The position numbers were made by a program, and so were the translations under genes. The notes beneath the pieces were generated by a model that saw only the letters and a program-made list of their open reading frames with translations, searched no databases and was not told the origin of the DNA. From positions 4,836,001-4,900,000 of the forward strand of contig NC_086380.1 of NCBI RefSeq assembly GCF_036588685.1: DNA of 64,000 nt, in the 5' to 3' direction. Shown piece after piece: positions 37,570 through 51,125 of the stretch (position 1 is its first letter; every line of letters begins with the position of its first letter). The stretch is from Mytilus trossulus. Its lineage: Eukaryota.

Positions 37570-40500
37570 AGTTACAAGTTCAAGAATTGTTTTCTTCTCT
37601 CCGACTGTGTACTTAAAAATTAACCTGCAAGAACTTATATGTGTCGGAAATTACGAATGCAAAGTATTTATATGCATCACTCATGTGGCTTATGATAACA
37701 AAAACATAAACAAAAAAACAAACAAAAAACTGTTAAAGAGTAAGAGTGTTTGTTTGCAAATTAAAGACCAAAGAGTAAGAGTGTTTGTTTGCAAATTAAA
37801 GACCGGCAAATGGTGTAAGTTAACGTACTAGTATGCTGTTTTTTTATAATTTTTTTTTATCAGATATCAAAGAGAACTGTTTAAATTAAAAATATTTTGT
37901 TACAAGATTTATATAGTTTTGTTGAAAGTTTAAAGCAATAAGTTGGGGCTCATGTAGGGTAGCACTCTTATATTGCAAGATCGCTTTTAAAGAAAGACAA
38001 GCACAGACTCACAGGTGATTTTGAAGCAAATGTAAAAGTCTCCAAATTAACGCTTTGGACATATTTAAAGGTCACAGATCGTTTTAATAAGACGTCAGGT
38101 TGCACGATTGCCCAGGAAACCCGAAGCATGTTAGACCTTCTTGGTTATTCGACAAGATCAACACAACTTTTGAGAAAAGTTGTGAAAACATTCCAGCAAA
38201 AATTTAGTTAAATGACAAGTGGAGTCAACATCGAGTTTTTTGGAGGCATTTTGAGAGGGAAATAATCTACCATCAGATTACACATATTCACTTAGGTACT
38301 GAGTCCGTTTTATAGTTATGAAGGCCATTTCAAACACATATGACGTCACAAATCGTGACATGGGATTAAAGGAAGAGCTGAACAGAAAGTACACAGGCTA
38401 TTTGAAGACCGATTAGACATATCACATCAGACCCTGTTTTTATAATTACATGTGAAGCCGGATATTCTTACCCTTCTGGAGCAACTGAGATCACCCCCGT
38501 TTTTGGTGGGGTTCGTGTTGTGAACTCTTTAGTTTTCTATGTTGTACATGTATTTTGTGTAAATTAAGTGCCTGTTTGTCTTTATTCTTTTGAGCCATGG
38601 CGTTGTCAGTTTATTTTCGACTTGTGTGAATTTATCAATGACTAAGATCAAAATTGATCTCATAATTGTAAAACAAAAATCAGGATATAAAATTTTGAAC
38701 ATAAAAGTTCCAGGTAGGCTTAATTTAGTACTATGTTTTAAATATAACGACAAGGATCTGAAGAATGCTATGTGTTTACAGTTCAATTTTCGTATAATTT
38801 GCACTCACAAGAATTTTGTTTATACGCATTGGGCTCTGTTGACATCCACGTATATCATTGAAATATATCATATTTTAACAATATCACTCCAACCATGTTA
38901 TATACAACAAACTAATGATCTCCTGCCCGCAACTCAAAACTTTTTTGAGGAGATAATCGCACTGCATCACAGTTTTAATGATTTTGTTCAGTTCCTAGTG
39001 ACAATTAATACTAGTATTCCAGACAAAACCATGGTTGTTGGAAAATACTATCGCATATCTTATGATATCACAAACACTAATAGTATTCTAGATGTAATTT
39101 AACGATGATTTCCTATTTACAATAACATCTAAACAATTTTTATTTTTACGATTTTCATGTAAGAAAAAAAAATCTGTTTAAATAAAACTTGAGAAAGCGT
39201 TTTTTCTAGCATGCTATAATATATATAACTGGTTTAAATGTTGAAATATATAAGTTTAATGAGACCCAAAGAACTGTATTGTTGTTTGAATACGTGGTGC
39301 CAGACTTTTATTCCTCTTTTTGTTCATAGATTAGGCTGTTAGTTTTCTCGTTTGAATTGTTTTACATTGTCATTTCGGGGCCTTTTATAACTAACTATGC
39401 GGTATGAGCTTTGCTCATTGTTCAAGTCCGTACGGTGACGTATATATGTTTTTGTAGTTGTTAATTTCTGTGTCATTTTATTCTCTTGTGGAGAGTTGTC
39501 TCATTGGCAATCATACCAAATCTTCTTTTTTATATTTTATATTTCCTTTTTATTACCAAATGTTTGAATTATGAGTTGCAATTTTTCATTTGAAATACAA
39601 AGCATGCATATAGTTGCGTTATTGTCATGTACAAATGTATATGTATTCAGTAATGTACAGCTAAGTATCCCTGTGGGGATTTAAAGAAACATCATATATT
39701 ATAGTATTTAATGAATAACCAATCACACTCATTGACAAAGTGTTCTATAATTATATTGTTTATAAAGAATGTAAGAAAACTGAGACAAATGTAAAATTAA
39801 TATTCTACTTTGAAAGGGCGAACGGCAATGGTAGCCTAGTCATACGCACATCTTCAATTGTAATTTGTAATTAACACAGAAATCAAATGAAACTAATTCT
39901 ATGTGCACAAGGATATGCAGAAAAAGTGACGATATAGTGTATTGGACAAATATCGAGAACAATACTGCTGAAATTCAGTGATGGTTCAATGGCTCTTCTC
40001 ATTATCTATCTGTCAGCCATTACACGTGATCAGCGACAGATGCACATGCATGTACGTGCATTTTGTTTACATGAAATCGAACCTTAGATAATCAGTAAGG
40101 TACTTATAGAACAGAACAATGTTTAGCTGATTTAACGATGTTTCTCGTCTTTATAAATTGAAATTGAAGCTGCCAGACAGTTATACAAATTCATATGATA
40201 AATTCACCACAAACTATAATCACCGCAATCGATTTATAAAATAGAAAAATTAAAGAAGGCATTAAATATATTTTTGCTGTATCACCAAATCAACGTAAAT
40301 GAGTGAATTCGTAACAAATATGTTGTACGTGCTTTGAATTTATCTAGAAATACCGGTCTCACATTAATTATTTGTTTATGTTAACTGTAATTGTGACATC
40401 GTTATTCGCTATCATTAACTGTCTAAATAAACGAAGATATAAAAAAAAACTTTTGTGAAAAATGTTTTATTTATTCCCAAATAGGTATAATAAAATGCTC

Positions 40501-40685
40501 GGTCATTCACTAAACAAATGCATATATATATATATATTTGAAATAATATAGAAAGGTACTAGCATTTGGAAATATGAAGTGAACATGAGTATGACATTAT
40601 CTATACATAACGTGTGTTTTTTCGACTGACTTAATATCATTTCTCATTTCCAGATCAAATTATTCTAAAAGTTATTTTTGCTGGT

Positions 40686-42160
40686 TTATTCGGTAATAAG
40701 GTATCCAGAAAATGTCGACCTTTGATCTCCATAAATTCTTTCCGAACCAGTGTGATGTTTTACATAAACTGTGTCATTTAATTTCAATGCCATCACAACA
40801 TTTAGAGTCCCTGTTGATAAATCATTACCGAAAGCCAGGACTACTTTCTCATTATTTTTCCACAGATTGCAGTGCAAGTAGCTGTTATGATAAGCCATAA
40901 CCGTTGTTGAAATAGAGTAAAGTCCCGTTTTCGGCGCAGTAAAAACTCCAGTGTCCTGACTGTAGACTTCACCCATGTTTAACCATATTTTGTCAAATAC
41001 TACAACTTCATTAATAGCAAGACTCTTAGTTAGCGTAAGCGATGCTGTAAAGGCTGGCCTTTCCCTTTTTCGTCCAGGTTCTAAAAAATAATTGTCAATC
41101 TATTTTATATACAGCTGTACAATTATAACCCAATACAGTCTATATTTTTTCTATTAAAAATTATACTTAATTATCGAAAGTGAGAATAAGCCTTCACTTG
41201 AAATAAGTAACATGTAGACGAAACGCGCGGCAGGCGTACTAAATTATAATCCTGGTACTTTTGATAACTATTTAAACCACTGGGTCGATGCCACTGCTGG
41301 TGGACGTTTCGTCCCCGAGGGTTTCACTAGCCCAGTAGTAACCACTTCGGTGTTGACCTGAATATCAATCATGTGGTCTCTTTTATAGATGTCCTGTTTA
41401 CAAAATTTTGAATTTTTCGACAAACTAAGGATTTTCTTATTCCAGACATAGATTATACCTTAGCCGTATTTGGCACAACTTTTTGGAATTTTGGATCCTC
41501 AATGCTCTTCAACTTTGTACGTGTTTGGCCTTATAAAAATTACAATTTGAGCGTAACTGATGAGTCTAATGTACTCTCTGCATATCAGTAATATAAACAT
41601 TAATACATGTGGTCAGGTATTCATATAAATGAGACAAAATTAAGAAGCATAACATTATATAACAATATCTTTTACTAAAACGATTTACACACACACTCAG
41701 AATTCGTAGTGGCGGATCCAGAAGGGCGGGGTGGTTCCGGGGGATAAAAACCCCTTTTTGGGGACGATCAATGCATTTGAATAGGGACATATGGTTTGAC
41801 CCCCCTTTTCTCCTGTGTTTTGACCTCCTTTTTAAAATGGTTGGATCCGTCCCCGACTCGAAATATATTGCCATGGCCGTAGTAACATTTCTGTCATAAA
41901 AGCTACATACCGTATCCAATGTCTTCAATAACAGCCTGTTTTATCCGAGGAATCATCTCGTTTATGGCATCTTCTACTGACTTCTTAATAGCTACCTTCA
42001 ACACCTGGTTAAGTTTCGTGGTATCGAACAGAGCAACTAAAGGCATATTTAGATTGTCCAGTAGTGGTATCTCAGTAGAAGAGTTGTCACTATTTTGTCC
42101 TTTCGCGTATTTCATAATCGTAATTACTAAAAATTGAAGCAAAATCCCTCTTAGTACCAT
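40686..42160 (-). CDS. C1q domain-containing secreted protein, g6 (214 aa; exon 1 42160-41911, exon 2 41080-40686)
   Basis: Closest paralog of g1. Donor G|GTATGT, acceptor tttttAG, open frame through STFSGYLITE*. Confidence 0.93.
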
Positions 42161-44966
42161 AGTTACAAGTTCAAGAATTGTTTTCTTCTCTCCGACTGTG
42201 TACTTAAAAATTAACCTGCAAGAACTTATATGTTTCGGAAATTACGAATGCAAAGTATTTATATGCATCACTCATGTGGCTTATGATAACAAAAACCAAT
42301 AAAAAACAAAAACTGTCAGAGTAAGAGTGTTTGTTTGCAAATTTAAGACCGGCCAATGGTGTAAGTAAACGTTTGCTGTCTTCACTAAAAAAAAAATATC
42401 AGATATCAAAGGGAACTGTTTAAATTAAAAATGTTTTGTTACAAGATTTATATAGTTTTGTTGAACATAGTTTAAAGCAATATCATCCACCTAAGACGGG
42501 GCTCATGTAGGGTAGCCCTCTTGGATTGCAAGATCGCTTTTTAAGAAAGACAAGCACAGACTCACAGGTGATTTTGAAGCAAACGTAAAAGTCTCCAAAT
42601 TAACGCTTTGAACATATTTAAGGTCACAGATCGTTTTTATTAAACGCCAGCTTAGACGATTGCCCAGTAAACCCGAAGCATGTTGGACCTTCTTGGTTAT
42701 TCGGCAAGATCAACACAACTTTTGAGAAAAGTTGTGGAAACATTCCAGCAAAAATTTAATTAAATAACAAGTGGAGTGAACATCGAGTTGGATAGTCCTT
42801 CGCCAGTATTTTCTGGAGGCATATTGAGAGGGAAATAATCTACCATCAGATTAAACATATTCACTTAGGTACTGAGTCCGTTTTATAGGTATGAAGGCCC
42901 TGTCAAACGCACATGACGTCACAGATCGTGACACGAGATTGAAGGAAGAGCTGAACAGAAAATACACAGGCTATGTGAAGACCGATTAGATTAGATATCA
43001 CATCAAGCCCTGCTTTTAAAATTACATGTGAAGCCGGATATTCTTATCCTTCTGGAGCAACTGAGATCATCCCCCGGTTTTGGTGGGGTTCGTGCTGTGT
43101 ACTCTTTAGGTTTAAATGTCGTACATGTTTTTTTTAATGTAAATTAAGTTCCTGTTTGTCTTTTGTTTTAAGCCATGGCGTTGTAAATTTATTTTTGGCA
43201 TGTGAGTTTTTTGTCTCTCTTTCATGAATTTATAAATGACTAAGATCAAAATTGATCTCACAATTGTAAAAATAAACCAGGATAATTTTTTTCGAACAGA
43301 AAAGTTCCACGTAGGCTTAATTTAGTAATATGTTTTAAATTAGCAACACGGATCTGAAGAATGCTATGTGTTTACAGTTCAATTTTAGTATAATTTGCAC
43401 ATAAAAGAATACTTATTTATACGCATTGGGTTCTGTTGACGTCCACGTATATTATTGAAATACATCATTTTTTGACATTATCACTCCAATATAAAAAAAA
43501 GATGTGGTATGACTGCCAACGAGACAACTGTCCACAACAGATCAAAATGAAACAGTTATTAACAGCTATAGGTCACCGTACGGCTTTCAACAATGAGCAA
43601 AGTCCATGCCGAATAGTCAGCTATAAAAGGCCCCGATATGACCATGTATTATACAACAAACTAACGATTTCTTGCCCGCAGTTCCTTGTGACAATTAATA
43701 CTAGTATTCAAGACAAAACCATGGTTGTTGGAAAATAATATCGCATATTTTACAATAGCACAAAAATTAATAGTATTTAAGCTGTAATTTTTCGATGATT
43801 TCCTACAATCACATCTTTACAATTTGTTTTAACGATTTTCATGTATGAAAATTCTGTACAAATAACACTTTAGAAAGCGTTTTGTTTAGGCATGCTTTAC
43901 TATAGATCTATAACTGGTGAAATGTAAAAATGCATCAGTTTAATGAGACCCAAAGGACTGCACTCAAAATATTTTTTTTTACGCCTCTCGTTTTCTGTTG
44001 AGGTCCACGTATATTATTGAAATATGTCTTCTTGTTTTACCAAATCACTCCAACTATGTCTTTAAACAACACATTAATGATCTCCTGCACGCAACTCAAA
44101 CTTCTGAGGAAAGAGTTTGGAGAGTTGTTTTGAGAGATAATCGAACTTTATCACAATTTAAATGATTTTTTTTAGTTCCTAGTACCATTTTCCAATTGTT
44201 AATGCTAGTATTCAAGACAAAACCATGGTTGTTGGAAAATACTATCGCATATCATATGATAGCACAAACACTTATAGTATTCTAGATGTAATTTAGGGAT
44301 GATTTTCTACAATTACATTTTTACAATTTTAATTTTTGGGATACGATTGCTTTCAAGCAATCTGTAGACTTTTACCGTTGACTCAGGGCTCATTCCCTCG
44401 CGTCAACTGTTTTATTCTAAACATTCAGTAACCTCTCAGATTCTTATGATTGTCTTGCTTTAAAAGGTAAAAATAAGCCAAAAAATTGGATATAAACAAC
44501 TTTCCAGTAATGTTCTTCTCATAATCTTCATGTTTGATATTTCCCTTGACCAATATGCGTGTTTTTAACAACACGGAAAATCATAATTAAGCAGTATTTA
44601 TATTTAGTGTATTTATAAATTTAGAAACACGTCAGAGGAAATTCCCCAGTTTTGATAATTAAATGCGAGAGTTCTCTGAATTCCGAAAATTCTATTTCTG
44701 TCATATAAGAACTGAAGTGGAGTATTTCTATATTTTACCGTTATGAAACTGATATTTGATACTGAACTCTCATGAAGATATGGAGAACCATTCATCATAT
44801 CATTTAATAAACGTTCTTGTTCCAAATCGCAAGTCGCGATTTTGTTTATGTATTAATGCGCATGCGTATAGTTTTCTTGATTATCCGATTGAGTGGTTTC
44901 TCTGGATTCCCCACTTCATTGATTGATTTGAAACTCATGCGATTCTTTCTTTGTCTGTCTGCTATT

Positions 44967-45316
44967 TAAGAATTGAATGCTTCTTTTTGTAAATTTATTG
45001 GGTGGTAAAAGCGTTGACCGAAGTAAATTTTGTATGAAGCGCGGAACTTCATTCTAAAAATGTACGTACGGTCAACGCTTTTACAACCCTATAAAGTTTC
45101 AAAAAGAAGTATTCAATACTTATAATTACATTTTTTTTAGCTAAAATCATGAAAACACGATTTTTATCCAGTTTTATTTAATTCACCTGTGCACTTTTTT
45201 GTGGGATCTCGTGTCATCATGCATGATAAATGTTATTGTCTGATGCAATTGTTTACGGAATAACATGTTAGCCAATCAGAATAACGTATTATAATGAAAC
45301 TTACATCTGATGTAAT
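44967..45316. mobile_element. ~350-bp non-autonomous element with internal inverted repeat
   Basis: Absent at the paralogous site (~10967). Internal IR AAAAGCGTTGACCG...CGGTCAACGCTTTT. An inverted copy lies at 63245-63610. Confidence 0.75.
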
Positions 45317-48300
45317 TATTGAGGTTTATTGTTGTTGTATAATTTTAAATCATATGCATCATTTAAATTATATGTTTACCTATAACACCCCTTCAGTCGA
45401 AATGGAGTCTTCCATATTATCGTTTCGAGTTGTCTCCCTTCTGGAAGTATTTTCCGTCAACGAAATACACTACGACTCGTCTAGAAAAATAACTTGTTAG
45501 ATGTCGATAAACGTCTTATTATATTAAGAACGATCTCAATTTAAACAAAGGAGTGTGTACGGAAAGGAGTCATGCCCACGGACCCAAAAAAATAATATTT
45601 AAAGCGTTAGAAATGGGGTTCCTCCTATAATTAATGATGAAATACCTTCCTCACTCTCATTGACTGCTGTGGAAAGTAAACTTAGAATTGATAGTACAAA
45701 AAATAAAACACAATAAGTACATTGCTCATACACTTGTATCTGGGATTGGCTATTTTTAAAGTTGAGTAACTATTCAGATTATTACATTTTGCATGTGCAG
45801 TTGAATGTCTTGAATAAGTTTTGAAAATAATACTATCCAGCTGTACCAGGGCTGCCAAAAATGCGTCAGACTCACGCATGCTCATGCTTTTTTTGAGGCA
45901 GTATCCTTTGATCTATTTTTTTCCTCTTTGATATTTTCAATTTTGGCCAAAATTCATGCATTTGCTAAATGAAAAGTTGTCATAACTGCTATACATGTGT
46001 CAATGAAAACTATGGCAATCGTATCCTTCAGACAGTCTGATCTTTGATTACGATTTTCAAGTTAAGAAAAAAAAATCTGTTCAAATAAAACTTGAGAAAG
46101 CTTTGTTTCTAGCATGCTATAATATATATAACTGGTTTAAATGTTGAAATATATAAGTTTAATGAGTCCCAAAGAACTGCTTTTGTTATTTCCATTAAAA
46201 AAAACATATTTTACTGAAATGTTGTTTGAATACGTGGTACCAGACTTTTATTCATTATTTTGTTCATAGATTAGGCTGTAAGTTATCTCGTTTGAATTGT
46301 TTTATATTGTCAATTCGGGGCCTTTTATAACTAACTATGCGGTATGATATTTGCTCCTTGTTGAAGTCCGTACGGTGACGTATATATTTTTTTGTAGTTG
46401 TTAATTTCTGTGTCATTTTGGTCTCTTGTAAATAATTGTCTCATTGGCAATCATACCAAATCTTTTTTATATTTTATATTTCCTTTTTATTACCAAAATG
46501 TTTGAACTATGAGTTGCAATCTTTCATTTGAAATACAAAGCATACATATAGTTGAGTTATTGTCATGTACAAATGTATATGTATTCAGTAATGTACAGCT
46601 AAGTGTCCCTGTGGGGATTTAAAGACACACCATATATCATAGTATTTAATGAATAACCAATCACACTCATTGACAAAGTGTTCAATAATTATATGGTTTA
46701 TAAAGAATGTAAAAAACTGAGACAAATGTAAAATTAATATTGTACTTTTAAAGGGCGAACGGCAATGGTAGCATAGTCATACGCACATCTTCAATTGTAA
46801 TTTGTAATAAACACAGAAATCAAATGAAACTAATTCTATGTGCACAAGGATATGCAGAAAAAGTGACGATATAGTATATTGGACAAATATCGAGAACAAT
46901 ACTGCTGAAATTCAGTGATGGTTCAATGGCACTTCTCATTATCTATCAATCAGCCATTACACGTGATCAGCGACAGATGCACATGCATGTACGTGCATTT
47001 TGTTTACATGAAATCGAACCTAAGATAATCAGTAAGGTATTTATAGAACAGAACTATATATAGCTGATTTGACGATGTTTCTCGTCATTATAAATTGAAA
47101 TTGAAGCTGCCACACAGTTATACAAATTCAGATGATTAATTCATCACAAACTATAATCATTGAAATCGATTTATGAAATAGAAGAATTAAAGAAGGCATT
47201 AAATATATTTTGGCTGTGTCACCAAATCAACGTAAATGAGTGAATTCGTAACAAATATGTTGTACGTGCTTTGAATTTATCTAGGAATACCATTCTCACA
47301 TTAATTATTTGTTTATGTTAACTTTGATTGCGACATCGTTATTAGCTATCATTAACTGTAGAAATAAACAAAGATATAAAAAAAAAAACTTTGTTAGAAA
47401 TCTTTTATTTATTACTCAATAGATATAATAAAATTATATGTCGTTCCCTAAAAAATGCATATATATTTTGTTTTGAAACAATATAAATAGGTACTAGCAT
47501 TTGGAAATTTTCAGTGAACATGAGTATGACATTTTCTATACATAACGTGTGTTTTGCCGAATTCATTTCTTTTTTTCCAGATCAAATTCTTCTAAAGGTT
47601 TTTACTGGTTTATTCGGTAATTAGGTATCCAGAAAATGTCGACCTATGATTTCCATAAATCTGTTCCCTACCACCAGCATGTTTGACATAAACTGTGTCA
47701 CTCTTCTTTAATGCAACCACAACATTCAGAGTCCCAGTCGATAATTTAGTACCGAAAGCTCTGACCAGTTTCTGATTATTCTTCCACAAATCGCAGTGTA
47801 ACATGGTGGTATAATAAGACATAACCGTTGTTGAAATAGAGTAGAGTCCCGTTTTCGGCGCAGTAAAAACGCCTGTGTCCTGATTGTAAGCGGCACCCAT
47901 ATTTAACCATACTTTGTCAAATATCACAACTTCACTACTAGCAAGATTCTTAGATGATGTAAGCGATGCTGTAAAAGCTGGCCTTTCCTGTTCTTTTCCA
48001 GGTTCTGAAAACTAATTTTCAATGTAATATTCAATTTTTATAACACATGAAAAATAACCCGAATACTGTCTATATTGTCTTTATATTTATTGAAAGGGAA
48101 AATGATTTTCGAAACCAATACTTGTTACATATATTTGTATTGTCTCAGCATATTAGTAATTTAAACACCATACAAATGACGTGGTGCGAACACCAATGAG
48201 ACAACTCTCCGCCAGAGACCATATTATAAAGAATTATATTTAAGAAGCATAATATAATATAAATATAATTTCATACAGTTGAACGTAGAGAATTAGAGTG

Positions 48301-48741
48301 AAATTATTTTCTCTTGACTTTTCATGATGTATAGGTGTACCTATCGTGTGGTCAGTTTCCCGCCGAAACCGGGGTTTCGGTCATTCAGCACGACAACGTC
48401 AAAGGAGCGGTTTTCCTCATTTAATAACTTTGAACATTTTAATTTATTCAATAAGTCTCCCTTTTTAGTTATTTATAAGCCGGACAATAAGATTGATAGG
48501 ACTGGATGTTGTTTTTTTGTATTATGTTGTGTGAAGTATAATATATACAAATGTGATTTTGAATGTTCATAGGTAACATACTTAATAAACATAGCAGCGG
48601 CGTTGTCGTGTAGCTTTGCACTTTATTATGAGTTTTGTATTCTTCATACTTTTATGGTATGCTATTTTCTTTAAGTGTTTTTCAAAGGCGTAACTTATTA
48701 AAGTTCAATACAGAATGAAGGTTGTTACAAGAGAACAATAT

Positions 48742-49080
48742 ACAATTATGGCCTGTTGAAAATGTAAATATCCAAAATTGTCAACACGAGAAGGTTATTT
48801 CAGTGAGGGCGCAGCCCGAAGTGAAATAACTTTTAAGGGTTGACAATTTTGGATATTTATCGATTCTAAAGGGCCACAATTGTTTTAATTTACCGAACTT
48901 ACAGTGGAAGGGCCTTTTGTACACTTACTGTAAATATTATATTTTTACATAAACAAACACAAGCTGACGTTTGAAAAAAAAAGTTGTGTTTTAGAATTTC
49001 TCGAATGTACAACAAAGGTAGAATCATTTTGTAAAATATTGATGGCCCTGTGAGAGATATCATCTGCTGCTGGCACTCTA
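48742..49080. mobile_element. Insertion with ~140-bp terminal palindrome in g7 intron (Crypton-like non-autonomous?)
   Basis: TATCCAAAATTGTCAAC..GTTATTTCA..TGAAATAAC..GTTGACAATTTTGGATA hairpin at 48742-48883. Absent from the g2 intron. Family assignment is tentative. Confidence 0.55.
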
Positions 49081-49140
49081 TACACTTACATTCAGTACTC
49101 GAAAACATTTTCATGGCAGTTATTATTTTCTGTCACAAAA

Positions 49141-49830
49141 TAAAATTGAGAATGGAAATGGGGAATGTGTCAAAGAGACAACAACCCGACCAAATAAAAA
49201 ACAACAGCAGAAGGTCACCAACAGGTCTTCAATGTAGCGAGAAATTCCCGCACCCGGAGGCGTCCTTCAGCTGGCCCCTAAACAAATATATACTAGTTCA
49301 GTGATAATGAACGCCATTCTAATTTCCAAATTGTACACAAGAAACTAATATAAAAATAATACAAGACTAACAAAGGCCAGAGGCTCCTGACTTGGGACAG
49401 GCGCAAAAATGCGGCGGGGTTAAACATGTTTGTGAGATCTCAACCCTCCCCCTATACCTCTAACCAATGTAGAAAAATAAACGCATAACAATACGCACAT
49501 TAAAATTCAGTTCAAGAGAAGTCCGAGTCTGATGTCAGAAGATGTAACCAAAGAAAATAAACAAAATGACAATAATACATAAATAACAACAGACTACTAG
49601 CAGTTAACTGACATGCCAGCTCCAGACTTCAATTAAACTGACTGAAAGATTATGATTTCATCATATGAACATCAGGCACAATCCTTCCCGTTAGGGGTTT
49701 AGTATCATACCATCATAAAATATATGAGAAGAACATAACCCGTGTCATGCCAACAACTGTTTTTAGAATAAATGTCTTTAGTTCCGACGCAAAGACCTTA
49801 TCAGTGACTCAATATTAACGCCAAACTATG
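49141..49830. repeat. Dispersed repeat inserted in g7 intron
   Basis: Homologous to 27310-27735 and 51133-51290. Absent from the g2 intron and ends ~25 nt from the donor site. Confidence 0.8.
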
Positions 49831-50644
49831 CACTGTATATGAACTTTTTCATACCGTTTCCAATGTCAGCAATAACAGCCTGTTTTATCCGAGGAATCAT
49901 CTGGTTCATGATATCTTTTACTTCCTTCTGAATAGCGATCGTCAACACCTGGTTAAGTTTCGTGGTATTAAACAAAGCAACTAAAGGTATATTTTGAAGA
50001 ATTGTCACTATTTTGTCCTTTCGCGTATTTCATAATCGTAATTAAAAAATGTAGAAACAAAATCCCTCTTAGTACCATTATTACAAGTTTAACAATTGTT
50101 TTCTTCACTCCGACTGTGTATTTAAAAACCTGCAAGAACTCATATGTTTCGAAAATTACTAATGCAAATATTTATATGCATTGCTTAACAATTGTTTTCT
50201 TTACTCAACTTTTTTAGTAAGGAACCTGACAAAATTCCGGCAACAAATGAGAATTATTTATATGCATCGCTCACGTGGTTTATTAAAAAAAACCACAACA
50301 AATAAAAAAAAAACTGTCAAGAGTCTAAGATTTTTTGTTTGCAAATTAAAGACCGGCAAATGGTCGCTGTCTTTCGTTTTGTTTTTTTATTTTGCCATGT
50401 GATTATGGACTTTCCAAATTGAGTTTCCTCTCAGTTCAGTATTTTTGTGATTTTACTTTTTTCAAAGTTTTTTTCTTATCAGATATCACAGGGAACTGTT
50501 TAAATTGGATAAATATTTTGTTAAAAGATTTAAATTAACGTTAACACAGTTTGAAGTAAAATCGCCCACCCTGGTTGGAGCTCCTGTGGTCGCTTTAAAA
50601 TATATCACAGGTCACATGTTAAAAGGTAACAGATCGTCAGTTTG

Positions 50645-51125
50645 CGAATTTCTTTAATTTTACTTTCCGATATATTGATGATGTTCTATTTTTGAATAAC
50701 CCATAACCCATACTTCAGCCAATACTTACATCTCATATATCCCAGTGAACTTGAAATTAAGGGTACTACTGATACTAGAAGGACTGCTTCATACCTTGAT
50801 CTTTTCCTCAATATTGACGTAGATGAGACAACTTCACACGATAATCTATGATAAACGGGACGATTTCAACTTCCCAGTTGTCAATTTTCCATTTCTCAGC
50901 AGTAACATACCCTCTGCCCCTTCGTATGGTGTTTACATATCACAAGTGATACGTTATTCACGTGCTTGTTCACACTATACGGACTTCATATACAGGAGTG
51001 TGCTCCTTACGCAGAAACTGCTCCAACAAAGTTATGAGGAGGACAGATTGAAATTGACACTCCGTAAATTTTATGGACACCATCACGAATTGGTGGATCC
51101 ATACGATGTGTCTTTAACCAAAGTA
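50645..51125 (+). mobile_element. Penelope-like element reverse transcriptase fragment (frameshifted)
   Basis: FNFTFRYIDDVL..NNPYF..YLHLIYPSELEIK.TT.....ASYLDL...LHT.IYDKRDDFNFPVVNFPFLSSNIPSAPSYGVYISQVIRYSRACS (RT YIDD motif plus PLE-type thumb). A 7-nt duplication at ~50700 and a 1-nt shift at ~50825 break the frame. Confidence 0.85.

Larger units (their letters stand above)
47610..50078 (-). pseudogene. C1qDC gene g7 with frameshifted exon 1 (exon 1 50078-49855, exon 2 48004-47610)
   Basis: Relative to g2, exon 1 lacks 26 nt near 49997, between TTGA microhomologies. This gives MVLRGILFLHFLITIMKYAKGQNSDNSSKYTFSCFV* with TAA at 49970-49968. Splice sites and exon 2 are intact, and exon 2 matches g2. 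Confidence 0.85.
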
